64,000 nucleotides of DNA from Euglena gracilis (taxonomy: Eukaryota): NCBI GenBank assembly GCA_039621445.1, contig CP154954.1, positions 32,899,455-32,963,454 on the forward strand, in the 5' to 3' direction. The translations under genes and the position numbers were made by a program. The notes under the pieces are model-generated. The model worked only from the letters and a program-made list of their open reading frames with translations, was not told where the DNA came from and did no database searches. Shown here piece by piece: positions 38,101 to 49,166 of the stretch. Position 1 is the stretch's first letter. Each line of letters opens with the position of its first letter.

Positions 38101-41100
38101 TGGAATAGGGTTAGGTGCGCGACTTAGGCTTAGGGTTAGGCCTAACTTGTACACCGAACACCCGTCTATAAGTTAGGCCTAACCCTAACCCTAAGTCGCG
38201 CACCTAACCCTATTCCATCATTAACACGAAAAAACTAAACCCCCCCCAAATAACACCCCCCCCGGTGTGTTATTTGGGCACCCGAACTGGGGCCCCAGGG
38301 GGGGTGTGTTATTTGGGGGGGGTGTTATTTTTACATGGAAAACCAAAGGAAAACAGGGGGGGGGGTTATTTGGGCGCTCGAAATCGGCCCCCGAGGGGGG
38401 GTGTGTTATTTGGGGGGGGGTGTTATTTGGGGGGGTGTTATTTGGGGGGGGGGTTTATTTTGACCCCCCGGATTAACTACTGGGCCCCCCCGGGGGGGGG
38501 GCCAGTAGTTTCGGGCTGCCGTTCAACTTACAAAGTCCATTTTGGTACCCCTCAAAAACACCATTTTTCGCCAAAGTCCCGGGGGTCTCACAGCCAAAAT
38601 CAGAATTTCGCTCGTTTTTTGTGCTCTCTTGTTCACGTGTTTTCAAACCCCCCTGACCTTCACAGCCGAAACAAAGCGGAATCAAAAAAATCGTAAATTT
38701 GCGCAAATGCGCAAATCAAACGAAAAAAGCTTAAGTGCGAATCCGGCTGCCTAAGCTTCAGGAGGAGGGGGACGCAATACTTCCCCAGGCATGACAGTTT
38801 GTTGGGGGGGGGGTATTGCCGAGAACCTTAGATGTGGTTCGATCCACGGCAAATCTGCAAGCAAATTTTACACGGTGCACGCAAATTCCACATTGAGAAA
38901 ATAATCTATGCTGTGGAGGCCCCACCAACAAGGAAACGCAACGCTAGGGCCCATGCTGCTTTCTGTGGCCGACGCTGCAGGGGAGCTGCTCGCCAGGCTT
39001 CTTTTTAAGACCCCCCCCCCCAGGGGCAGGGGTCCCCCACTCACCTGGCCCAAGGCAGAACCTGCACTTCCAAAATCGGGCCGTCTGAAGGCATTTCCCA
39101 AAAAATTTTCGGCGCTTCACGCTGAAACCCATATCCCCCTGGGGGGGGGTCTGGCCTGGAACCCACGCCCTCACCCCCCCGAGGGAGGGGGGCTTCGAGT
39201 TGAACAGTAGCCTGGCGCCCGCCAGGCAGCAGCAGATGGTTCAGCACGAGGCATCCCTTGCTGAAGCCCAGCAAGACGAGGGGCAGGGGCGGCAGCGTGA
39301 CGCCGTGCTGCCGGGCCAGCGCCCGCTGCACAGAGGCCATCAGAGCTAGGGGCAGGCCCCCGGCCCCCCTTAGTTGCCGAGGCTTCTTGTCTGTTTATGG
39401 CCGGCGCCAAAAGCGGGGGGGGGGGGTGGGGGGGCAACACGGACTTTCGCAACATGCAATGCAAAAAAAAGAATGCAAGTTTCCGAACTTTCTGAATCTG
39501 AAAATACGTAATGTGCATTCAAAACTGACAAAAATCGAACAAAATTTGGCCACAGAAATAAAGACCAAACCCGAACCAAAAAGTCCACCATGAAATCTTC
39601 CAAATCGAAATAATATCCCAGCAGAACTGAAAACTTTACCAGCAAAAACAAACTAAAAAAATGCAAAAAAAAACTCACCAGCACAAATAGAGCACAAAAA
39701 AAAACCAACCGCAATTGTCAACTGATTTCTTCCCCTTTGAACATGTGGCTTCACAAAACATGATGTTTCTATAATTAGTTGGAACTCCAACCAGGGAGAT
39801 GTATTTGGATGGGGGACTGAGTTGGGAGTTGAAAAATCACAAACGGTAGAATTCCATTGACATTGAGGCAATTAAACAAAATCCGACTCTAAGTTGGTGC
39901 AAAAAATATTTTTCAACAGTTACCCACAAGAAGCCTGAAGCAACTGGCAACTATCATTTCCTGTCTTGAAATGCTCCATCATGGGGAGGGTTAAATTGAT
40001 TCCTCCCACAAGAAAATTGTATTTCTCCCACATGCCGAAAACCTGCTTGCGACTGCAAGTTCCTTTTTCCTGATGTCAGCGTTTCCTCACGTTAATGGAA
40101 TCCAGTGGCTTTTCAGGGTACCCCTAACAGGCATTCTCGCCATTTTGCAAATTTCAACGAAGACTCACTCCAGGTGGGGGGGGGGGGTGAATGAACTTTT
40201 ATGGGGTATGGGGTAGTTATGGGGTAGTTAGGGCTCAGTGTTGTCCGGTCGCTTTCGTTGCACCCATCAGCAAGCACCATCAGGGGGATGGCGGGGGGGC
40301 TGGGCTGCAGCTGGCAGCGGGTGGTCACTTCCCCCACCCCCTCGGGGCCGACCACGAGGGAGCCGTCCCCGTCCAGGGAGGACAGCAGGTTGGCATACAC
40401 GCTGCGCCCGTCCGGGTGCTGGTATGCCTCAGGGCTCTGGGCCCCGGATGGCATGGTGTGATGGTGTGGGGGGGCCACACTGTACGGGGTTCTGTTCCAG
40501 CCGGGGCCGCATCGGTTGGGTTCCCCCGGGGGGGGGGGGAATGCAACTGGGCCCTGCAAATTATGCAAGTCAAAAAAATGCAAAAAAATGCAAAAAAATG
40601 CAAAAAAATGCAAAAAATGCAAATTTCGGGAAAAGCCGATTATGCAAAAAAATGCAAATTATGCAACTTGCATTCCCCCCCCCCCTGGTTCCCCACACCT
40701 CCGGGGAGTGGGATGTGGGGTGGGGTAATGCCAGAAATTGACCCCATGCGGGCCATTCCTTAAGCACCCCGGGGTCCACTGGCCATTTTGCAAGACACTG
40801 GAAAAAAGCCACTAGCTGGGCCCCCCTCCCCCCTGGGGGGTCTGGGGGTCCTCCTTACAGGGAAAAAAATTCTTCTGGCGCTGTGCACCGAGGAGGAAAT
40901 GAGGCTTTTTATGGGTATTCTTTTGGCAGATTTTGTTCCCAAAAATCCCAAAAATGTCCAAAAATGACATTTTTGGCGGGTCAGAAAAAATTTGGCGCTT
41001 CGAAGGCCATCCAGCCTGCCGTTCAGTTGGGTTCCCACACCTCTGGGGTGTGGGATGGGGGGGGGGGCGGGGGAACGCTGGAAGTTTGGTGTTTGCACGA

Positions 41101-43388
41101 AGAAATTGAAACCGTCCAGTAACAATCACCCAACCGTCACCCTATCATACCAAACCAATTATACCATACCCCTTCGTTGGCAGAAAAAATGAGCTGGTTT
41201 GGCAGCTGCTGTGGCCCGGAGTTGTGTCAGCATGGACCGGGAGTTGTGTGAAAGTTGAAGGTGGGGGTGTCCCACCCTAGCCGGGTCATAGGGTTGGCAA
41301 AAGGGGCGAGCAACAGCGCCCTGCCCGGCCGGCTGGATCAGGAAGAGGTTCGTATCAACGTGTTTCCCCTGCCGTTGTAGAAGAGCGACCCATTTGGGAG
41401 GTATGGTTTGCATTTTGAGGGACACTTCCCTGGAATTAAATCATCAGCAAATATTTCTTAGATATAAATTGAGAAAATAAATCAATTTATAATAAATTAA
41501 ATTTTAAAAAATGAAAACAATTTATCTTTTTTTAAAAAAATGCTCTGGGCACGCCATCGAAGGACTTTCAGTATGCTAGCTCAGACAAGAGTAGGTTGTT
41601 TCTGACCACCAATTCCACCTCCATTCAGAATTCATTTGCATTGCATTGGCAGTTGGCGTTTCTTGTGCGTTGTGATGGTGCCACAACTTTATCTTCACCC
41701 TGTATCTACAATCATTTCAAACGACAACTTTGGGGACATAAATACCATCAATTCCTTTGGGTTAAACATAACCCCCCCCCCCTAATTGTAGAGCGGGTGC
41801 TCTTGTAGTGGACGCTCGCTTCGCCAGAGGGGGGTGCTCTTCTATTTGGACCCTGCTCTTGTAGTGGACATCACACACATTTTCCTACAGCGTTCCAGCG
41901 CCCAGTCAGTTTCCGGTCCCCTCAACCTCCCTTCCTCCACCTAAACCGGCAGCCAAGCGCAAACAGCAGCCGAGGTTGGAGGAATTGTTTAGCCACTGAG
42001 CTCTGGGAAGCTTGCCTTTTTGAGGCAAGTTACAAACCTTGCCACAATCACATGGAATGACTTGCCTTGCTTCTGCCTCCATTGGTTTTCCAGGGGGGTG
42101 CTCTTGTAGTGGACGCTCGCTTCGTCAGAGGGGGGTGCTCTACTATTTGGACCCTGCTCTTGTAGAGGGCATTCCCTACCATTAGGGGGGGGTTAATCAT
42201 TTCAAAATAGAAAGCCGGGGAAGGGTTGCAGCAGGGGACAAGACAGGGAAATTGGCCTTCAGGAGGTCTAGTGTCCCCTCATATGCATACTCTGCAAACT
42301 GAGGGTACCAGAAGGGCTGATTTCTTTGAAGACATCTTAAAACCCTTAAAAAAAACTCTTAAAAAACTTCAAAAAATCAACTTTTGGCCAAATAAAAAAA
42401 ATCATTTCGGCAGAATTTTATCTGACTGAGCAAATCTCGAAATCTCGGCAAAATCACGCCAACTTCAGGAAAGAGAATGATTTCTGGCATGCTTGTACAT
42501 CGGCCATCCACCCAAAACTCGGAAATGCGTTGTTTTTTTTGGCTCTGTAATTTTCGACCCCCATTCGACTCTTGGACTGCTCTTGCACCGTCTTGAAAAA
42601 CAGCAATTTGAGAAAAGCCTTAAAAAACTTAACAAAATGCTTCAAAAATTGCCTGTGGAATTTTGAAAATTGATTTTTTTGGCTTGAAAAATAGCCCTGG
42701 GCACCGGCCGGTCAGCATGGCCGCACGCTCTGCCTGTACATCCCCCGGGAAGAAGAGGAGGGTCTGGCGGGCGGTGGGGGTGCACACCGTGTAGACGTCC
42801 CGGAGGGGCCGCCATTCCTTTGACTGTGGCCTGGAGGGAGGCCCCAGAAGGCCAGGTGGCACACTGCTCGCCTCGTCACACCGCTCACCATCCCAGCCAT
42901 GCCAGCTCAGATGGAAACACCTGCAATGCTTCGCTGAGGCAGCGGAATCAAATTTCCCGTAACAAGGAAATGGCCAGTGCTCACACTTATCTTTATCTCA
43001 TTGAAACAGAATGGCTCCTGTCGTTGAAACAGAATCGCTCCCGTCAGCTGACCGAAATGTCGCAAAGAAAATGGGCTTCTTATGTGCATGATCTTCACAA
43101 TTTTTACCCCTTGATGCAGAACCTCTCCCCAAAACGAGCCCATTGTGTTCTGTGAGAGTAAATGACAAAAATACTGCAAAAACATCCACCACCACTAAAA
43201 CTGGTACTATTAATATTGTTGTCACTGGGTTTGGCCATCGCCTTCCTCTATCGTTCCGGTCTTCTATTCCAGTGGGTCCTCTGGGAGATGGCACCGGAGG
43301 GGGGATTTCCAGCAGAAGCAAGGGAAAAGAGGACCCCAGCGTTGCAGTGCAGCTTGCTGCGCCCCACCACCCCGCGCAGCACTAACAT
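31818..43388 (-). CDS. C2orf69 / UPF0565-family alpha/beta-hydrolase-like protein (multi-exon; 5' end approximate)
   Basis: Exons encode family motifs in order: LLFFPGDVQ (42703-42830), YPQFAEYAYEGTLDLLKANFP (42245-42306), DTNLFLIQPA (41327-41356), SVYANLL (40306-40424), LVLLGFSKGCLVLNHLL (39218-39347), LIWVDAGN (~34430-34620), IEIHSTPYMV (32493-~32564), and terminal exon ...YHFAGRRPSLEDHFAVLRHVR* (31818-31965). Possible first exon MLVLRGVVGRSKLHCN starts at 43388. Confidence 0.85.
32047..32177. repeat. (AAT)n-(AAC)n-(ACC)n compound microsatellite
   Basis: Read directly from the sequence. Confidence 0.95.
33819..34290. mobile_element. MITE of the CCCCCC-AAATAA(G/T) family
   Basis: Ends cagtaaC(n)aaataagacc and gggtctta...ggtttaa. 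Related copies at ~9711-10118, ~47478-47965, ~49905-50276 and ~53607-53908. Confidence 0.7.
35634..37575. repeat. Cluster of GCGCA(A/T)TTGCGC-motif repeats (probable nested MITEs)
   Basis: Repeated gcgcaaatgcgc / gcgcatttgcgc motifs at 35634-36090, 37050-37385 and 37436-37575. TIR-like tcacgcagtttttcaacggcg and cgccgttgacaaacagtgtga. Confidence 0.7.
38017..38523. mobile_element. Foldback/MITE with ~60-bp TIRs and an internal TTAGGG-containing palindrome
   Basis: aacggcagcccgaaactactggcc...ggggggtcaa is mirrored at 38460-38523. Confidence 0.85.
39348..40305 (-). other. Non-conventional intron
   Basis: Borders CA|gccCAG ... cCTGcccct|A. Removal joins QLQ-ALMASV in frame. Confidence 0.75.
40425..41326 (-). 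other. Non-conventional/intermediate intron
   Basis: Borders gggCAGggcgctg ... cagagccCTGaggca pair at 9 of 10 positions. A GC-AG reading shifted by 3 nt gives the same protein. Confidence 0.8.
41357..42244 (-). other. Intron with GT donor but no AG acceptor and base-paired ends
   Basis: 5' tcccctgctg pairs with 3' cggcagggga. Removal joins NFP-DTNLF. Confidence 0.65.
42307..42702 (-). other. Non-conventional intron that consists of a MITE copy
   Basis: Borders gccCAGGGCTatttt ... aaatcAGCCCTtctggt are complementary and there is no AG acceptor. The body resembles the dispersed element starting at 5106. Confidence 0.75.
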
Positions 43389-46300
43389 GGGGTGGGCTTC
43401 AGTGGAACCTGGGCAGAAGGTGGGATGGAAACATGAATTAACACATTGACAGTGCCGTGACCATTGGCCGTGTGTGTGCATGTTTGTATGTATGCATGTA
43501 TTCATGCATGTATGCATGCATGCATGCATACGTGTGAGTGTGTATGTGTGTATGAATTCATATGTGTATGTCCGTCCATGATACAGACAAACAGACAAAC
43601 AGAAAGACAATCACCGAAATCGTTTCATTAAAATGAGAACAGGTGATTCAAACATAAATTATTCCTTCGACACAGGAAGGCAACTGCACATAACCTCTCT
43701 GTGGAACTATTCATTTTCAAGGATCGTTTCGTATGATTTTTTCCGACTGGTCTGTCCGTTCCAAGTGCCCTGAAATGAAATTTTCCTGAACATAACTGGC
43801 ATCCCTCTTTGTGGTTAATGGTTTGGTGGGTCATTCCTCTTGATTCCATACGTTTTGCTATACACGCATGAGAATGAGAAATTGCCAATGTTTCTTTTTC
43901 AAACAACATACATACATACGTACTTGCATATATACATACATACATACACATACATGCATACATACATGCATACAAGCATACATACATACATGCACGCAGG
44001 CCGGCTGGAAAAAAATGCTGGTGGACCCCCCCCTAGGGGGTGGGGGTCCGGTAATTCGAACCTCGCTGGCAGCTGGACCCGGCGGGTAACCAAAAAAAGC
44101 CCCCAAAAGCCCAAAATCTAGCTGGTTTGGAAATTTTCAGGCATCCATTGGGGTGAAAAATCCCCCCAAAACACCCCAAAAAGGCCATTTTTGGCCATTA
44201 GCTCCCTTTTTTCAAAATTTTCGGTCAAGCCCAGCTTCGCCAGGCTACCCCAAACGTAATTCCCCCTGGGGGGGGGTCCGCAGCCCGGGTGGGAGGTGCT
44301 GGCTGGAAAAAAAATGCTGGCTGGCTGACCCCCTTGGAGGTAGGGTCCCTTCCGGCGTAAGAAAATCCCTGAACAGACATTCATACAGACACACATACCA
44401 TGCATACATGCAACACCACCCAGTAAAAAGCACCTGGCTTATCTTTGGCCCAATAAACCCCCACCTGAAAAAAAAAGTAAAAAAAAACTGAACACTTGGG
44501 CCTAAAACTCTCGTCCACCAGGGATCTTCATTTGCCCGAAATTCCCCACTCGGGCGTCCGCCAGCTCGTAACATGACCTGCAACCTCCGACCGGCAAATA
44601 CCGCAATTTTTCCACAATTCTCCCAGGGCGTGAATCCGTGTTTGGACATGTGGTCCAAACACTAGTGGGCAACATCGTGGGAGGTGAGCAGGGAAAGGGC
44701 AGGCGGTCAGGTAGCAACGGGCAGCCATATGCACATTACACAAATATTTATTTACACAAAACAACAGTCTTGGAAACCAGACCATCTTTTAAAACAAAGA
44801 AACAATACAAACATAACGTTCATCATAGCAGGGGCGGGGAAACACAACGTGGATCCTTGCATAACGCGACACAAAATTGCCAAAAAAAAACAAATAAACA
44901 CAATCAAAAGCAAATGAACTCAAAAAAAATCATTTTTTCGTGTCCTCGAGAAAATTCCTCATTAATATTTTGCTAAGCAGAAAATTGTGATTTTTTTTGG
45001 CAAAAAAGATAGATAACATGACAAGAAATTGCAAAAAAAATTGGTTGGAAGGAAAAACGGGCCAAAATGTGGATCTTTCAGAGTCGAAAAAAATTCTCAA
45101 GGTCCCAATGTCCCATAGAAATCAAAGCATCACCTGGGAAAAAAATGCAATAAAACCCCCACAAAAAATCACGTTTCTTGGGATGAATGCTGTTGGTTGG
45201 TTGGTTGATACTTTGCACTCGTTTTTGTTTGTGCATGTCTGCAGGGCAGCATATTGGTAATGCAGCACCAGCGGCCATGCACCAGGGGGACGGCGACAGC
45301 CGCATTGTGCAGTGCACTTTGGACTGAATGTTGTCTGAACATATTTGGGTGCTTGCCTGCATCAGATCGACAAAACCTGGAAAATCATGAAAGGCTCTGT
45401 GGGTGACGTCATCCTGATGGACGGCAGCAACAAGGGGCGTTCAAGGTTTGGCTCTGGACGAAACCCCAGGGGGGGCATATGTGCCCAAAGGACAGGAACA
45501 GGAACAAAGATCTACAAACAGGGCTTAGCTCCAGCCTGGGGTGGGACATGTGGACATGTGGTTGGCATAGCGGAGGTCGTCCAAGTGAGCCTATGGGTGT
45601 CATTGACGAGCTCCGGGCCAAACAGTAATGCTGATCCATCCTCCCTCCCACCCCACTGGAAGCCCGAGGGAATTGTGCTATCACAGGTCTTGAGGCGGGA
45701 AAAGGCTTCCCATCCCCTGTAGACCGCCCATGTTCATCACGAGGGACACACAGGGATGGCAGACAGCAATCCATCCGAAATATTGGGGGTGGGGGTTGGA
45801 AAAATGGCCGCCTCCGGTCACATTCCCCGTCCACTTCAACAAAATCAGTCGGCGGTGATGGAAACCATCATCAGCCTTGCATCGATCCGGCCCCTGACCT
45901 GAGCCGGTTCATCTCGCCAGGTATGCCTCCTGAACACTTCCTGTTGCTTATCGTCTTTCCATTGCGCACAAAAAAACATGTCAGTGTCTAGTGTCTGTCA
46001 GAAATCCCAGCCACATCCCTCACACTCGGTGCAACGAGATTCACATCCATCGAAAACAATGATGCAAACAACAAAGCCGGGACCGGGTTGACTTCCTTCC
46101 CCCAGCACTTGTTGTTGCCAGTCATCCGATCAAGCCAACGAGTACCATTGCAAAACTCTGGGTCAGAACCAGGACGGTTGCCCAATCAACAGTTGTGGGG
46201 TGGAGGCAGGAACTGTTAAGACCGGGGGGGCCCACCACCTAGGGGGTGGAGGGGCACCCCCTTTCTTGGGGTTAATCTTGGAGTCAAAAAATCTGCACTG

Positions 46301-48179
46301 AAGAAACCCAAAAACCTGCCTCTCCCAGAGTCCCCCCGGGGTCCTTGGGGGAACCCACCCTGGGGGGGGGTCCAACAGACCCACCCACCCTAGCCCCCTC
46401 CCCCAGATTCCAAACTTCAGAAAATCCGTGGTGGGGGCGGGGGAGTGCTTCTGAACACGTCCAATGGAATGGAAAATCGCTGGTGTGTGGAGAATACTTT
46501 GGCACACAATCTAAAAGCCACTGAATCTAGCCTCAGCCTTATCTGGCCACACCTCAAACCTGAAGACACCAAAATCTGGCATCACTTCAATCTGCCAAGA
46601 GCCTGATCCAAAGCAATGCGCATGCAACACATCTATCAAATCTTATGATAATAAACATGCGGTACTTTCAAAAAAAACAAAAGATATGAAGCAAGCTGCA
46701 TGCAAATGTATATATGTGTATAAAAATGTGGGAAAAAATAATCAAGTAACAACGAGAAATAGAATAATGTGTAGAACATATAGCATTATACGTGTAAAAA
46801 AAAACTGAATTAAATCACGCTCAACACACAAAAATAAATGGCAACAATTCACCACTGCCCCCCCCCCCCAGAACTAGGTGGTGAAACGTGCGAGCAACCC
46901 TACTTCTAGGGCCAACGCCAATTTTTGGACTTTGCACCACAAATCACGTTTTTTCCAATTCCGCTTCCATTAAAGATTGGGATTAGGGTTCAAAGCATGG
47001 TTAGGGAACAAGTTAGGAAAAAAGGTAGGCCAAAATTGGACCTAAAATGGACTTAAATTTTGGCTGAAAGCCCGGTCTAACTTAGGCTCAAATTCGGCCG
47101 AACCTTCACCAAACCTTAAACCTAAATCCCAACCCTAAACGTTTTCAGTGATACTACATTTTCCCAAGAAAGAAAACTTGTGAGGGGCCAAGCGGTGAAA
47201 CGTGGTCCCTGGTGCATTTCACTGCTACCCTCCCCCCCGGGGGTGGTCAGTAGCAAATTTGTTGCCATATAAACATATGGATTCAAAACTAAGCATTACA
47301 CTTTAAAAAATCACCCTGAGCCTCCAAAAACCTGCATTGAGAAAAAAGACAAAGAAACAAACAGCATTATTCGGAACGTTGGTCGAAAACCGAGGGAGGG
47401 GTTTACAAGGTTGTCGCCTCAAACACCAAGGTTGCCTGCCGAGGGTTTCAAAGGGAAACCAAGACCTGTGTAACGGGTAAACCCCCCAAAATAATACCCC
47501 CTGGGTGTTATTTTTCCGTCCGAAATTGTGGCCGGGGGGATTACTTGGAGGGGGTAATAATCGAAATAATCGAAATTTTTGAAGCCTCATGGGACCCAAA
47601 ATAGCACCCAACACCCCCCTTTGGGGACATTTTTTTTATATACATTTTCTCATACAATTTAGCATTTTGGACGGATGATCCAGAAAAATAGTCTTCTTGT
47701 AACTTATTGTCAGAGATTGTCACTTTTATTGGCATTTTTTAGGTTAAAATCCTGGTCGTCAGCCCCAAATTACGGGGGGGGGGTTATTAACTTGGTCGCC
47801 AAAGTCAGACCCCGAGGGGGGTGTATTTTTTGGGAGGGTATTATTTGGGGGTATTTGGGGGTTTTATTTGGAGGAGGGTTCACCCCCCTCCCAAATAACA
47901 ACCCCCCAGCCTGTTAATTTATTTGCCCGAAGTCCCGGCCCATGGGGGGTATTATTTGAGGGTCGTACTGTTGAATGCACCATTCCTGTTTTGTTATGAA
48001 CTTGTGACCCAAACTTTTTGCTCCCCACCAAAAAGAACTGTGTGAGGCAGGGGGGGGTCAAAAAACATACCGAGGGATGACGATGATTCTCCCACTTCAG
48101 AATTTTTTGACTTCAAAAATTTTCAGCAGTTTTCTTGCTCGCCCCCCCTCCTGGCGATTCTGGGCGGGTTGTGGACCCC

Positions 48180-49099
48180 GGCCTCGGCCTTGGGTAGCCA
48201 GCAGAATAACCAGCAGATTGGCAGTGCGCGGAGAGGGCAAATGCCTCGGATTGCGCCGTTCGGCGCGACACGGCAGGCGTGATTTTTAAAGTGCCTCTGA
48301 AATACTCAAAAAAAAGTTGAAAAAACCTAAAACCTTTCTGGCAAAATTCTCCTCAAACTGAGTCAAAATGAAGTTGCAAAACCTCCACAAAAAATCCAGC
48401 TTGTCAAAAAAAAACCTGGCATCACTGGAACAGTGTGCATCCACCCAAATCGAAAAAAATGGGCCTTCAGACTTTTTGATTTTTGACACATTCGATGCCT
48501 TGTCCCGCCCTTGGAAAATATATTTCTAAAAAATCTTAAAACCCCAAAACCCTTCAAAATATTTGAGATGCTTTGTCTTCGAATATTCCCTGGCTGCCAG
48601 GGAGATGTCAGCATGTCGAGCTTGAGGTGCCGGCAGCAATGTGATGACCCCCGTCGGTCTCAGCCCTGAGCCAAGGGAGGTGGGCATCCCACATGGCAGC
48701 CCGGCATGGGCCAAGTGATCGATTGGAAGCAAAAGCAGGGTGGAGGTTTGGGTTTGGTGAGGTTGGAGGCCCCCCCCCCCCACACAAGCACGGGTCAGCC
48801 AACGTTGGGAGCTTTATCAACTGAAAGGGAGGGAGTGGTTGCTCCGTGATTGTCCTTGAAATGTTTCATTGGGGGGGGACTGGAGTGCTCCATTACTCTG
48901 CTATGAGAGGAAGGAGGACAGCAGCGTTGGCGGCAGATAGACCTCCTCCTTCTGTTGGGGGCCGTTGGGGAAGGTGGCTCAGGGTGACCAAGAAGTCCCT
49001 GAGACTCCCCACAAGGTTGGTCTGGACCCCCATGCTGGAACAAGGATCGATGATTATCGTGACACTTACATATGCACACACACAACACATCACAACAGA

Positions 49100-49166
<67 letters not shown>

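Noticed and set aside
41885-41915. 'DWALE' as the C2orf69 WSLE motif
   Set aside because: It lies within a repeat element, and 42245-42306 fits the family spacing better.
45340-46190. High-complexity stretch that might be coding or a transposon relic
   Set aside because: Stop-interrupted, with no recognisable motif.
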